Below are positions 44,558 through 54,724 of a DNA stretch of 64,000 nt, piece after piece (position 1 is the first letter of the stretch; each line of letters starts with the position of its first letter). A program made the translations under genes and the position numbers. The notes beneath the pieces were generated by a model, which was not told the origin of the DNA, made no database searches, and was given only the letters and a program-made list of their open reading frames with translations. The stretch lies in contig JBBCJC010000001.1 in assembly GCA_037189525.1 (NCBI GenBank), positions 365 through 64,364 on the forward strand. The letters run 5' to 3'. This DNA is from Gemmatimonadales bacterium (GTDB lineage: Bacteria; Gemmatimonadota; Gemmatimonadetes; Gemmatimonadales; GWC2-71-9).

Positions 44558-45937
44558 GTGCCTGACTCGCTCCCTCCGCAGAACCTTTCCGAGAACCAGG
44601 ATACGCCCCGCCGCGTGATCGCGGACCGGTACGGGGTCCTCTCCATGATCGGACAGGGGTCGGCGGCCCGCACGCTGCTTTGTTCCGACCTGCGGGCAGA
44701 CCGGCGCGTCGTCGTCAAAGAGCTGCACTTCGCCCACTTATCCGACTGGAAACACCTGGAGCTTTTCGAGCGGGAAGCGAAGATGCTCGGCAAGCTCGAG
44801 CACCCGAGTATCCCCCGAGTCTTCGACTACTTTCAAGGCGACGGCGAGTCGGCAACCTTCTACATCGTACAGGAGTACATCGAGGCTCCGTCACTCCTCC
44901 AGCGGCTGGAATCCGGCCCGATGCTTGGCCAAGAGGAGGTCCACGAAATTGCGGTCGGATTGCTCGACGTGCTGGACTATCTGCACGGTCGCGCGCCACC
45001 AGTAATTCACCGCGACATCAAGCCTTCGAACGTGCTTCTGCGCGCCGACGGCACGCCGGCGCTGATCGATTTCGGCGGAGTCCGCGTCGGATGGCATCCG
45101 GGAGGAACTACCGGGGCGACGGTCGTCGGCACGTTCGGATACATGGCGCCAGAACAGTTCGCGGGGCAGTCCGGGCCGAAGTCGGACCTCTATGCGCTCG
45201 GCGCCACCCTGCTCCACCTCGTTACCGGGCGCCCTCCCGGCGACTTTCCGTTCGACACGGGACGAATCGAGGTGCCTGACGATCTTCCCACAGACAAGCC
45301 GCTCACCGGTTTGATCGAGGCCCTGCTACGCCCCGCGCCGCGCGATCGGCCGAGTACGGCCAAAGCCGCCCGCGACCTGCTGACTAACCCCGCACCTCGC
45401 GAAACGGCGCAGGCATTGATTCCGCGGGCGATGCCGCCAACGGCCGTCACCGCACCGCGTAAGTCCGTCTTCGGAGAGAGCGGCGAACCTCGTTTCGTGC
45501 ACATGGGAAATCCTCCCCGCGATCCGAAGGGCGAGTTCAGGGACGTGTATCGGAACCTGATGCACCCGCTGTTCCCTGCACGCCGCGCCTGGTCAGATAT
45601 GGAACATTTGCTCTGGGTCGGATTCGCCGGCTTCGCCTCCATCGTGACACTCGGCGGGGCTCCCGCAGGCTACGCCTGGATGCTCTACAGACGCCGGAAG
45701 ACATATGATGATCTCTTCCGGCGCGGGGCGTTCACCACGGGGACTATCCGGGCCATCCCTGGAGCGGATATCGGCATGTCCACTACGGTCAAATACGACT
45801 TCGAAGTCGGCGGAACTTCCTATCGGGGTTACATGCGGCAGCCAGGGGAGATGGCGCGGTACTGGAGCGAGTCAGACCTCGTCCCAATCCTGTATGACCC
45901 CGAAGATCCGACCCGATCCTGTATCGTGTACAGGTAG
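44558..45937 (+). CDS. Ser/Thr protein kinase with C-terminal membrane-anchored DUF3592-like domain
   Basis: GQGSAARTLL, HRDIKPSNVLL, DFGG and GTFGYMAPEQ are Hanks-type motifs. The C-terminal TM segment LLWVGFAGFASIVTLGGAP is followed by a small beta domain (TTVKYDFEVGGTSYRG). Confidence 0.85.
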   Translation: MPDSLPPQNLSENQDTPRRVIADRYGVLSMIGQGSAARTLLCSDLRADRRVVVKELHFAHLSDWKHLELFEREAKMLGKLEHPSIPRVFDYFQGDGESATFYIVQEYIEAPSLLQRLESGPMLGQEEVHEIAVGLLDVLDYLHGRAPPVIHRDIKPSNVLLRADGTPALIDFGGVRVGWHPGGTTGATVVGTFGYMAPEQFAGQSGPKSDLYALGATLLHLVTGRPPGDFPFDTGRIEVPDDLPTDKPLTGLIEALLRPAPRDRPSTAKAARDLLTNPAPRETAQALIPRAMPPTAVTAPRKSVFGESGEPRFVHMGNPPRDPKGEFRDVYRNLMHPLFPARRAWSDMEHLLWVGFAGFASIVTLGGAPAGYAWMLYRRRKTYDDLFRRGAFTTGTIRAIPGADIGMSTTVKYDFEVGGTSYRGYMRQPGEMARYWSESDLVPILYDPEDPTRSCIVYR

Positions 45938-45953
45938 CGGCATATGTGAGACA

Positions 45954-46694
45954 ATGATGGGTATACCCGTTGCGACCACACGCCCTTCCCTGGCTGCGAC
46001 CCTGCTGTTCACGGGTGCGCCCGTTGGCATGCTTGCTGCGCTCTTTGTCACGCCACCGAACGAATACGGTCCCCTCCGGATCGCATTCACGGGGATCCTG
46101 ACAACGATCCTTGCCGGAAGTGGCCCCGCTCTTGTACTCTGGCTATCCCGTTCCGGCCGTGCACCAGGGACCCTCATCCTGGCCCTGCTCGCCAGCATGT
46201 TCAGCAGCGTAGCAGCCGCGGTCGTCGCTCGAGTCATCTACCCTGCCACACCTTGGCGCGCACTCCCGCCTCCTCCCGCGACCGCCTTGTCCCTTGCCGG
46301 CCCGACCTGCTACGACCACGATCGAACCGTCGTCTTCATCCTAACGGAGCGGCACGACGCCTACACCTACAACCCCAGGATTCCTACCGCCGAGTGGCTA
46401 CCGGTAGACTCCGTACCGACTGCGGCGATGGGACTTCTCTGTCCTGAGACGTCGCCCGAGCCTCCGAACCACCCAGCGCCCCTTCGCTCGATGACGGTAT
46501 CGGAGGAAGGAGCGCACTGCTCGAGTACCGTTCACTTTCGTTTGACAGGCAGTGGCATCGTCGAATGGTCGGTGCGCAACGGGTGCCAGCATTCGATCCT
46601 GGCTGCAGCATTGATCGGCGGGCCGATCTCGCTGGTACTCGTTCTGCTGACCTGGCTGGTACGTCCGCGTGCTCGGACGCGGCAAGAGCTCTAA
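45954..46694 (+). CDS. hypothetical membrane protein
   Basis: ATG 45954 lies 16 nt after the kinase stop. TM segments are LAATLLFTGAPVGMLAALFV, ILTTILAGSGPALVLWL, LILALLASMFSSVAAAVVA and the C-terminal ILAAALIGGPISLVLVLLTWLV. Confidence 0.6.
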   Translation: MMGIPVATTRPSLAATLLFTGAPVGMLAALFVTPPNEYGPLRIAFTGILTTILAGSGPALVLWLSRSGRAPGTLILALLASMFSSVAAAVVARVIYPATPWRALPPPPATALSLAGPTCYDHDRTVVFILTERHDAYTYNPRIPTAEWLPVDSVPTAAMGLLCPETSPEPPNHPAPLRSMTVSEEGAHCSSTVHFRLTGSGIVEWSVRNGCQHSILAAALIGGPISLVLVLLTWLVRPRARTRQEL

Positions 46695-46868
46695 AGCGCA
46701 CGCGGACGTTTATCGCATATCACCACAGACTACCCAACCCTACATTTCACCGAAACATCATTGAACGGGATGGACTTCATTGCCGGCATCCCATCCAGAT
46801 CGGGAATCATTCGGCTGATACCCGTCTCGTCCATCGCCACGGTGGAGCGTCAGAGCGCGCTGCCAAGC

Positions 46869-47615
46869 TCAGCGTCTGGCGGCAGCCAGCCGGTCCATCA
46901 ATCCTTCTCCCGGTGCCGGCGCGCCGAACACCGCGACCAGCCCGCGGATCAGATTCATCGGCGCCACCGTCGTATGGCTCTCGTCAGGGAACACCCGCGA
47001 CGAAATCTGGAGTGACGGATACTTCCTGGCCCGGAGTTCCCGCTCGAACCGGAGCGTGTTGGTCACCATCCGGCTCGCAGCCGCTGCCGGCAGCTCCTCG
47101 AGGCCACCCACGCCCAGAAAAACCGTCGCTGCAAGGTCCGTGTGCGTCTTCGCGTACTCCTCGACCAGCTTGAAGGTGCTCTCTCCACCCCACCAGAGCG
47201 ACGGACTGCCGATGATGTACCGGTTGAAGGTGTCCGGCGCGGTCAACAGAGCATAACAACCGAAGAGCCCACCGAGCGAATCACCGAAGTAGGCTCGGTC
47301 CTTGGGGTCGGTAGGATACTTCGCATCGATGAACGGAATCAGTTCGTTACGGATGAAAGCGAGGAACTTGTCCGCCCCCCCCGATGCAACCTTCGGCATG
47401 AGCTTTCCCTCGACCGGAATGCCCACCCCGTTCCAGCTCGGCACCAATACCGGCGTAAGGTCGCGGGTCCGGATCTCCAGAGCCTGATAGATCCCGTTCG
47501 CACCGGCGTTGCCGATCCCGACCGCGATGAACCGAGGCACGTCTCCCATTTCAGATGTGAGTTCTCGATCCGTTACAACGGAAGATAGGCCTTCTATCGA
47601 TCCACGCGACCTCAC
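46869..47615 (-). CDS. esterase-family alpha/beta hydrolase (putative-esterase/enterochelin-esterase-like), possibly N-terminally short
   Basis: FGDSLGGLFGCYALL is the GxSxG nucleophile elbow. IIGSPSLWWG. The GTG start overlaps the stop of the upstream CGNR gene (GTGA). The usual N-terminal strand region of this family seems to be missing. Confidence 0.65.
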   Translation of the reverse strand: MRSRGSIEGLSSVVTDRELTSEMGDVPRFIAVGIGNAGANGIYQALEIRTRDLTPVLVPSWNGVGIPVEGKLMPKVASGGADKFLAFIRNELIPFIDAKYPTDPKDRAYFGDSLGGLFGCYALLTAPDTFNRYIIGSPSLWWGGESTFKLVEEYAKTHTDLAATVFLGVGGLEELPAAAASRMVTNTLRFERELRARKYPSLQISSRVFPDESHTTVAPMNLIRGLVAVFGAPAPGEGLMDRLAAARR

Positions 47616-48229
47616 GTGACGGAGGCCGCCAGCTTACGCCGACGCGACTTTTCCCGAGTGCCGCAGGATTCCATTCGGCACCATCGCCGGAGCCCGTTCC
47701 GGCTGCGATCGATGTAGTACCAGCCGCAATCATCGCCGGGACACCGACGGAGCCGGCCGAGTTCATCCGAGCCAAGGAGCGTGGCAGCGGCCCAGACGAC
47801 GGGATGGATCACCGATCGGAGATCACGGCCGAGATCGTCGAAGGTCCAGACCCACCGATTGCCGGCGGGGTCGGGTCGGAGCCGGAGGTGGGCCGCGGCC
47901 TCGGATATCAGGACATCGAGCGGGGCCGTCACGAATCGGCCGCGCTCTCCGCGAGTCAGCTTCCGCAGCGTCTGCTCCAGAGTCTCGCGGGTCCGCCGCG
48001 CCTGGACCAGCGCCGCCATCGCCTGCCTTGGACGCTTGCCGGCAACCGACCGGAGCCTGGCTGCATCGGCCCGACCGATGATCCCCGCCTCCACGGCCCA
48101 GTCGACCAGCCGGCGATAGTCGAGCAGCCGCTCGTTGACGGGCTCGGAGAGGGCCCAGTCGATGGTATTGACGAAGTCGACGGCGGGGTCGCCACCGATG
48201 AACCGGAACGGCGGAGGTCGGTCGGCCAT
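47612..48229 (-). CDS. CGNR zinc-finger (ABATE-domain) protein
   Basis: ATG 48229. FIGGDPAVDFVNT is the ABATE N-terminus. RRCPGDDCGWYYIDRSRNGLRRWCRMESCGTREKSRR is the CGNR zinc finger. The 389-aa track ORF extension runs antisense into the EamA gene and is rejected. Confidence 0.85.
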   Translation of the reverse strand: MADRPPPFRFIGGDPAVDFVNTIDWALSEPVNERLLDYRRLVDWAVEAGIIGRADAARLRSVAGKRPRQAMAALVQARRTRETLEQTLRKLTRGERGRFVTAPLDVLISEAAAHLRLRPDPAGNRWVWTFDDLGRDLRSVIHPVVWAAATLLGSDELGRLRRCPGDDCGWYYIDRSRNGLRRWCRMESCGTREKSRRRKLAASVT

Positions 48230-48340
48230 GGGCGCAATATAGCACCGGTATTTGCCGATTGACCGGTGCAGCACCGGGCGATAGGTTGCACCAGTATAGC
48301 GGCGATTACAGGTGCAGTCACAGCGAGCTCGGAGACAACA

Positions 48341-49243
48341 ATGCCTATCGAACGTTCCCGATCCCACTCGCTTCAGCTGTTCGGAGCGTTCGCGGCCGTG
48401 TACCTCCTCTGGGGCGCCACCTTCCTCGCGATCCGCTACGCCGTCGCCGAAGTCCCGCCGCTCGCGACGATCGCGATTCGCTGCGCCGGCGGTGCGCTGA
48501 TCCTCTTCCTCTGGCTCCTCGCGCGCGGCAAGCTGGAGCGCACGACGCGGGCGCAATGGCTCACGGCCTCGGTCGCCGGAACGTTTCTGTTCCTCGGCTG
48601 CCACGCCATCCTCGCCAGCGCGGAACAGCGGGTCTCCTCCGGCCAGGCTGCCCTCCTGATGACGTCGATTCCCTTTTCGCTCGTCGTCCTGGGCGCGCTC
48701 GAGAGCCGGCGGCTTCCTTCGCTTCCGGTCATCGCTGGGCTCGTGGTGGGAATCGTCGGTATCGCCCTGCTTGCCGGGCACGATCCGTCCGGCGCCATCG
48801 GCGACCGGGTGGCGGTTGGCTTCGGCGGTGTGCTCTGGGCCGTCGGATCGAAGGTGGGCCGAGACGGCGCGCGGCCGAAATCGGCAATCCAGGCGAGCGC
48901 GATGCAGCTCGCGGCCGGCGCCGGCGTCGTCACGATCGTCAGCTTGGCATATGGCGAATCGGCGGACTGGCTCACCGCGGGGATCTCCACCCGGGCGTCG
49001 CTCGCGCTGGTGTTCCTGGTGATCTGTGGCACTGTGATCGGATTCGCGGCCTACACCTGGCTCCTCACCGTGACCACGCCCGCGGCCGCGGGGAGCTATG
49101 CCTTCGTCAATCCGATCGTCGCGCTGATCCTGGCCTGGATCGCGGGCGATGAATCCCCCAGCATCCGGACCGCCGTCGCGGCCGTCCTGGTGATCGGTGC
49201 CGTGATCCTGACGCGCGACCGTGGAGTCCGGCTCCGCACCTGA
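48341..49243 (+). CDS. EamA/DMT-family transporter
   Basis: ATG 48341 follows GGAGA. FAAVYLLWGATFLAIRYAV... 10 TM-like segments. It is divergent from the CGNR gene, which is the common arrangement. Confidence 0.85.
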   Translation: MPIERSRSHSLQLFGAFAAVYLLWGATFLAIRYAVAEVPPLATIAIRCAGGALILFLWLLARGKLERTTRAQWLTASVAGTFLFLGCHAILASAEQRVSSGQAALLMTSIPFSLVVLGALESRRLPSLPVIAGLVVGIVGIALLAGHDPSGAIGDRVAVGFGGVLWAVGSKVGRDGARPKSAIQASAMQLAAGAGVVTIVSLAYGESADWLTAGISTRASLALVFLVICGTVIGFAAYTWLLTVTTPAAAGSYAFVNPIVALILAWIAGDESPSIRTAVAAVLVIGAVILTRDRGVRLRT

Positions 49244-49495
49244 GAGGATCTCCCGGGCAACTACGGGAACGCTTCCCAGTGGCAGGGGGTGGCGGACTCG
49301 TCTTCACCCACCCGGACGCACCGCTCCCCCGGCCCTCCACGGTCGACGAGATCGATCACCGCAGTCCCACGGGTCACCCCGTAAGCGGTATAGCCACCCC
49401 TGGACGCGGCATTCTTCCGCAGCAACCGGCGCTAGACAGCCCGCGGAAATCGCCTCTGAGCGCTCGGCCCGGGAACAAATCGTCTTTGGGCTCGC

Positions 49496-51337
49496 CTACC
49501 GAATCACCGGCAGTTCGATGCGTGAGGGATGGGACGCGGTGTGATAAACGCGTTGGGTAGCGGAGCGGAAATCGGACTCGACTGCGTTATAGATGTCAAC
49601 GAATGTTTGCGGATTGCGATCGACGAGTGGAAACCAGCTGCTCTGCACGTGCACCATGATCCGGTGGCCTTTCCTGAACGTGTGCAGTACATCGTCCGAG
49701 TTGAAGGCGACCTGCGCGACCGTGCCGGGTACGAACGGCTCAGGCCGCGAGTAGCTGTTCCGAAACTTGCCGCGCATCACGTCCCCGCGCACCATCTCCT
49801 GAAACCCCGCGGACTGGCCCGACGTCGAATCGGGGTGGACGTCGATCAACTTCACCACCCAGTCGCTATCGGTCCCGCTCGTCGACACGAACAGCGTGGG
49901 CCGGATCGATCCAGCGACGGTAACCTCCTCGGTGAGCGGATCGCTCACATAGACCAGCACGTCGGGACGCGCGGAGCTGAAGCGCTGATCGAGCGCCATG
50001 TAGTCCGACTTCATTCCCGTAGAGCGCCCGGCGAGAAACGGAACGGGCTTGGCGGGATCACTCTGGTATTCTCGGTACGCCGGCGACTCGGCGCCAGAGG
50101 GCGCCGTAAAGGAAAGCTTACCCCCAGCGTGCAGGTACAGAGACCGCGTGGTCACGGTCTTGGGCGGCCACGCATCGAAGGTACGCCAGCGATTCATCCC
50201 GGTCTCGAAGACCGTGGCCGTGGGAAGTTGGACCTTACCGTCGCCGTAGAGATGAGATTCGAAGAACGAGTACTCGAGGGTGTCGCGAAAGAAGGGACCG
50301 GTGGGCACCCCGAAGCGAAGATCGCCGATCGCGTCGCCAGGCCCGCCACGGCGCCACTGGCCGTGCGACCATGGACCCAGCACGATCCGATTCGAAGTCG
50401 ACGGACTCTGCCGCGCGATGGCCTCGTGAACGCGCAACGCCCCATGCAGGTTGTTCGCGTCGTACCACCCTCCCACGGCGAGCACGGCGGGCTTGATGTT
50501 ACGAAGCCTGGGCGCCAGCTGTCGCGCTTTCCAGAAGTCGTCCAGGGTCCCGTGCGCCATCATGTCGTTCCAGAACGGCGCGGACCCCTTCAGGTATAGC
50601 CGGTCGGCATTCGAGAGCGGCCCCATCGCCAGGAAAAACTCGTAGCCATCCTCGGTTCCGAACTGGAATCGCGGCCACGGTTCAGCACCAGGACTCGGCC
50701 GAGCTCGGCCGCTCGAGATGAAAAAGTTGAACGCGCTGGCCAGGAAAAACGCGCCGTGGTGATGGACGTCGTCGCCCATGAACCAATCCGCCTGCGGGGC
50801 TTGCGGTGACGCGGCCTTGAGGGCCGGATGTGCGTCGATCAGCGCAGCGGCGGTGAAGTACCCGGGGTATGAGGTGCCCCACATACCCACGTGCTCGTTG
50901 TTGTGCGGGAGGTTCTTGATCAGCCAGTCGATGGTGTCATATGCGTCGGTACTCTCATCGGTCACCCGCGCACCTGTCGTGCCGCGCCACGGGGTCATGT
51001 GGACGAAGTCGCCCTCGGACATCGAACGGCCGCGCACGTCCTGGTAGACGAAGATGAAGCCACGATCGAGGAATCGGGGCGAGATCAGCCTGAGCGCCGG
51101 CGTGTACGACGTCGTCCCGTACGGACCCACACCATATGGCGTGCGGGCAAGCATGATCGCATAACGCTGCGTGGTATCACGAGGCGAATAGACGGCGGTG
51201 AAGAGACGCGTCCCGTCCCGCATCGGGATGCGGTATTCCGTCTTCACATAGCGGCTTTCGATGCCCGAGGCGTCTTGCGCTCCGCTGTCCGCCACGGGAG
51301 CCAGCCAGAGCGCACACAAGACAAAGATCGTTTTCAT
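49496..51337 (-). CDS. CocE/NonD-family (S15 X-Pro dipeptidyl-peptidase-like) hydrolase, paralogue 1
   Basis: ATG 51337 gives MKTIFVLCALWLAPVADSGAQ (signal). LARTPYGVGPY, GTSYPGYF and the C-terminal GHRIMVHVQSSWFP. Confidence 0.85.
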   Translation of the reverse strand: MKTIFVLCALWLAPVADSGAQDASGIESRYVKTEYRIPMRDGTRLFTAVYSPRDTTQRYAIMLARTPYGVGPYGTTSYTPALRLISPRFLDRGFIFVYQDVRGRSMSEGDFVHMTPWRGTTGARVTDESTDAYDTIDWLIKNLPHNNEHVGMWGTSYPGYFTAAALIDAHPALKAASPQAPQADWFMGDDVHHHGAFFLASAFNFFISSGRARPSPGAEPWPRFQFGTEDGYEFFLAMGPLSNADRLYLKGSAPFWNDMMAHGTLDDFWKARQLAPRLRNIKPAVLAVGGWYDANNLHGALRVHEAIARQSPSTSNRIVLGPWSHGQWRRGGPGDAIGDLRFGVPTGPFFRDTLEYSFFESHLYGDGKVQLPTATVFETGMNRWRTFDAWPPKTVTTRSLYLHAGGKLSFTAPSGAESPAYREYQSDPAKPVPFLAGRSTGMKSDYMALDQRFSSARPDVLVYVSDPLTEEVTVAGSIRPTLFVSTSGTDSDWVVKLIDVHPDSTSGQSAGFQEMVRGDVMRGKFRNSYSRPEPFVPGTVAQVAFNSDDVLHTFRKGHRIMVHVQSSWFPLVDRNPQTFVDIYNAVESDFRSATQRVYHTASHPSRIELPVIR

Positions 51338-51462
51338 GGGAGTCCGGGCGTTGGGATCGCTGCGTCCCGACCACCCTGCACGGGACCATGATCGAGACCA
51401 CAATGGTATACTACGAATCCGGGTGATCCGCAACGCAGGTGTCGTCCCGCCCCCGAAACGCC

Positions 51463-54150
51463 TTACTCTCCCCGGATCGTCACCAACGGATCCGCCCGCG
51501 CCGCGCGACGCGCGGGAATCCAGCTCGCGAGCAGCGCCACCAGGCCCAGCACCACCGGCACTCCGATGAAGGTCGCGGGATCGGTCGCCCGCACCCCGAA
51601 CAGCAGATTCTCCAACCAGCGGCTGGCGACGAACGCGACCACCCAGCCGATCGCAATGCCGAGCCCGGCCAGCATTACCCCCTGACTGAGCACCAGCCGG
51701 GAGAGGTCGCTGGTGGTAGCACCAATGGCGGCGCGAATGCCCAGTTCCCGGCTTCGCTGCGCAACGGTGGACGACACCACCCCGTAGATCCCGAGCGCAG
51801 CAAGCACCAGCGCCATCGTCGCGAAGAGGCCGACAACCTGACCCTGGAGCCGCTGGCGCCAGAAGGACCGCAAAACCGTCCGCTCGAACGTGTCTACCTC
51901 GTAAAGCGGTACCTCCGCATCCATCGCTCGTACCACCCGTCGCACTTCGGGCGCCAGGGCAGTCGGATCGTCGAGCGATGTCCGGATTGCGAGCGCCTGG
52001 TTCCGGCCCGGCTCGGCAAAGAAGGGGAAGTAGATCGCGGGTCCCATCACCGTCGGAAGACGATAGTGTTGGAACTCGCCGACGACGCCCACGATGGTAA
52101 CCCAGGGCTCATCCGATGCGTGGTCACCAAACTTGATCCGCTTGCCCACCGGATCCTGGCCGGGCAACTCCCGGCGGGCCAGCACCTCGTTGACGATCGC
52201 GACGCGCCCCCGCGGCTGCCAGGACCCGGTGTCGCCGATGACGTCGATGTCGTTCGCGTCGAACCATCGGCCTCGAAGCAGCGGAACCCCGATGGTGCGG
52301 AAGTACTCGGGCGAGACCGTCTGGAAATGGACATCGAGCGGATCGTGCGGAGGGCGCGGCGGCCTGCCTTCGACGGACATCTCCGCCTTCACGTCCCAGC
52401 CGCTGAACGGCAGGCCCTGAGCCGATCCCACGGCTTCGACCCCCGGCAGCGTCGCCAACCGCTCCAGCAACGTAGCGAAAAACGCGCTCCGCTCGGCCGG
52501 CGACTGGTATCGAGAATCCGGCAGGGTGACGCGAGCCGCGAGCAACCCATGCTGATCGAAGCCGAGGTTGGTAGTGGTGTAGACGCGATAGGATTTGAGC
52601 AGGAGCGTGGCGCCGATCACCAGCATGGCCGAGAGACCCACTTCGGCCACCACGAGCGCGGCCCGCAGCCGTCCGGCGCGCTTTGAGCGCAGCGACGCGC
52701 CGGCTTGCTCACGGAACGCGCCCGCCAGATCGAGGTCGGTGGCCCGGAGCGCAGGGATGACCCCCACCACGAGCCCGGTGAGCAGCGTGATGCCCGCCGT
52801 GATGGCAACGCTCGCCGGCTCGAGATCGAGCCTGAGATCGAAGGGCAGGCCCGCGGGAAACGCGCGCGCGAAGAGCCGGATCCCGCCGGCCGCGATGATG
52901 AGGCCCAGAGCCCCGCCTAACGTCGCGAGGGCCAGGCTCTCCACCACCAACTGGCGTACCAGGCGACGCCGGCCGGCGCCGATCGCCGCCCGCACTGCAA
53001 GTTCGCGCTCCCGAGCCGCGCCGCGCACCAGCAGCAGGTTGGCGATATTGGCGCACACGATGAGCAGCACGCAGCCGACCGCCGCGAGAAACACCTGTAG
53101 CGGGCGGCGGAGATCGCCCACCCGATCGTCGTGAAGCGACATCACGTCGGCGCGCCAACCCAGATTCTGCTTGGGATCCTCGCGCTCGAGCCCCTGCATG
53201 ATCACATCCAGATCGCCCTGAGCTGCTGCCACGGTGACACCGGGTCGCAGTCGTCCGACTGCGCCGGCATTGCTCCGGTTGCCGTGCCATTCGGTCGGCG
53301 CCGGGACGAACGGAACCCATGCCCGCTCCCGATCCGGAAAGGCGAAGCCCCTCGGCATGACCCCCACGACGACATGCGGAACGCCGTCGATCTGGATTGC
53401 CCGGCCCACGATGCTCGAATCCCCGCCGAACCGCTGAGTCCAGAGCCCGTGGCCGAGCAGCACTACGCGCTCCGCACCGAAACGCTCCTCGTCCGGTGTG
53501 AATGTGCGACCGAGCATGGGGCGGGCGCCGAGCAGGGGGAAGAGATTAGCGGTGACCGCCGCAGCGTCGACCCGCTCCGCATCGCCCGCGCCGTCGGTAA
53601 ACGCGAGCGTCCACCAGGTGTACATCCCCAGCGCCGCGAAGCTGCGGTTCTGATCCCGCCAGTCGACGTAGTCGGCGTACGAGATGTTCGAGGCCTTGAT
53701 ACCGCGCTCCGGCACCTTGGAGTAGACCGCGACCAGCTCTTCCGGCTGCTGGTACGGCAGCGGACGCACCAGAATGGCATGGGTGACACTCGCGATCGCC
53801 GCGGTGACGCCGATTCCGAGCCCCATGCAGGCGACCGCGAGCACCGTGAAGCCCGGGCTCCTGCGCAGCAGCCGGAATGCGAAACGCACGTCGGCCAGGA
53901 GGTCGCCGACCCGCTCACGACGCCGTCGGCGGCGCTGCTGCGCCCCGTCGATCGCGATGCAATTCGCCCGAACCTCACCCACTGATCCGAACCGGCGGAG
54001 CGCTTCGGTTCGAGCCTGCTCAGCTGGCACGCCGTGGGCCTCCAGCTCCCGTGCCAGCTCCTCGACATGAAACTGGAGCTCAGTGTCGACCTCGGCGGGG
54101 AGATCGGGCCGGAGGACGCGCCGCAGCCGGCGCCAGCCGTCGCTGGTCAT
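51463..54150 (-). CDS. ADOP-type ABC permease (MacB-periplasmic/FtsX x2)
   Basis: ATG 54150 overlaps the PadR stop (ATGA). LLADVRFAFRLLRRSPGFTVLAVACMGLGIGVTAA. Two FtsX blocks: CANIANLLLVRGAARERELAVRAAIGA and SRELGIRAAIGA. Confidence 0.9.
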   Translation of the reverse strand: MTSDGWRRLRRVLRPDLPAEVDTELQFHVEELARELEAHGVPAEQARTEALRRFGSVGEVRANCIAIDGAQQRRRRRRERVGDLLADVRFAFRLLRRSPGFTVLAVACMGLGIGVTAAIASVTHAILVRPLPYQQPEELVAVYSKVPERGIKASNISYADYVDWRDQNRSFAALGMYTWWTLAFTDGAGDAERVDAAAVTANLFPLLGARPMLGRTFTPDEERFGAERVVLLGHGLWTQRFGGDSSIVGRAIQIDGVPHVVVGVMPRGFAFPDRERAWVPFVPAPTEWHGNRSNAGAVGRLRPGVTVAAAQGDLDVIMQGLEREDPKQNLGWRADVMSLHDDRVGDLRRPLQVFLAAVGCVLLIVCANIANLLLVRGAARERELAVRAAIGAGRRRLVRQLVVESLALATLGGALGLIIAAGGIRLFARAFPAGLPFDLRLDLEPASVAITAGITLLTGLVVGVIPALRATDLDLAGAFREQAGASLRSKRAGRLRAALVVAEVGLSAMLVIGATLLLKSYRVYTTTNLGFDQHGLLAARVTLPDSRYQSPAERSAFFATLLERLATLPGVEAVGSAQGLPFSGWDVKAEMSVEGRPPRPPHDPLDVHFQTVSPEYFRTIGVPLLRGRWFDANDIDVIGDTGSWQPRGRVAIVNEVLARRELPGQDPVGKRIKFGDHASDEPWVTIVGVVGEFQHYRLPTVMGPAIYFPFFAEPGRNQALAIRTSLDDPTALAPEVRRVVRAMDAEVPLYEVDTFERTVLRSFWRQRLQGQVVGLFATMALVLAALGIYGVVSSTVAQRSRELGIRAAIGATTSDLSRLVLSQGVMLAGLGIAIGWVVAFVASRWLENLLFGVRATDPATFIGVPVVLGLVALLASWIPARRAARADPLVTIRGE

Positions 54151-54485
54151 GAGGCCGGTTGCTGGTTGGCCCGGAGCACCTTGCTCACCGCGCTCACGAA
54201 TCCGGACCATTCCGCGGACTCCTCACGCAGCGCCTTACGACCCCGGGCGGTGAGCCGGTAGAAGCGGGCCTTGCGGTTGCGCTCCGAGATCCGCCATTCG
54301 GACGCAATGGCACCGCGAGCCTCGAGCCGGTGCAAGGCCGGGTAGAGCGAGCCTTCGCCGACGGTGAGGGCCTGATCGGTGAGTTGCTCGATCCAGCGGG
54401 CGACGGCGTAACCGTGGGCAGGCCCCCAGCTCAACGCCTTGAGGATGAGGAGATCGAGGGTGCCCTGGAGCAAGTCGAGAGGCAT
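54147..54485 (-). CDS. PadR-family transcriptional regulator (ADOP-associated type)
   Basis: LQGTLDLLILKALSWGPAHGYAVARWIEQLT...GSLYPALHRLEARGAIASEWRISERNRKARFYRLTARG. Confidence 0.9.
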   Translation of the reverse strand: MPLDLLQGTLDLLILKALSWGPAHGYAVARWIEQLTDQALTVGEGSLYPALHRLEARGAIASEWRISERNRKARFYRLTARGRKALREESAEWSGFVSAVSKVLRANQQPAS

Positions 54486-54544
54486 GAGTGCGACGACCGA
54501 TCGATGGATCAGTGGACGAGGATGGCGAGGGACAGCTCGCCGTG

Positions 54545-54595
54545 TCGTCTATACAATGAAGAGCGATGCATCGAATGTCAATGTAAATGCCATGC
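54545..54595. promoter_or_regulatory. AT-richer patch with palindromes in the divergent PadR / CocE intergenic region (candidate PadR operator/promoters)
   Basis: TCGTCTATACAATGAAGAGCGATGCATCGAATGTCAATGTAAATGCCATGC. It contains the perfect palindrome CGATGCATCG (54564-54573), GCAT-N15-ATGC and repeated AATGT. Confidence 0.3.
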
Positions 54596-54724
54596 GTGCC
54601 CCCGGTGGGCGGCGGACCACCGCATTGCCCCATCCCGCAACGAGCCGGCGCGGATCGCGCCCTACTCTCGGCCGGCGCGACTACCTAGACTTCCGCAGCC
54701 CCCGATCCATCACGAGGCAATACC

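Noticed and set aside
48230-48781. A 184-aa N-terminal extension of the CGNR protein in the 389-aa track ORF.
   Set aside because: The extension is Arg/Glu/Asp-rich junk that runs antisense through the EamA transporter gene. The ABATE domain begins at the internal ATG 48229.
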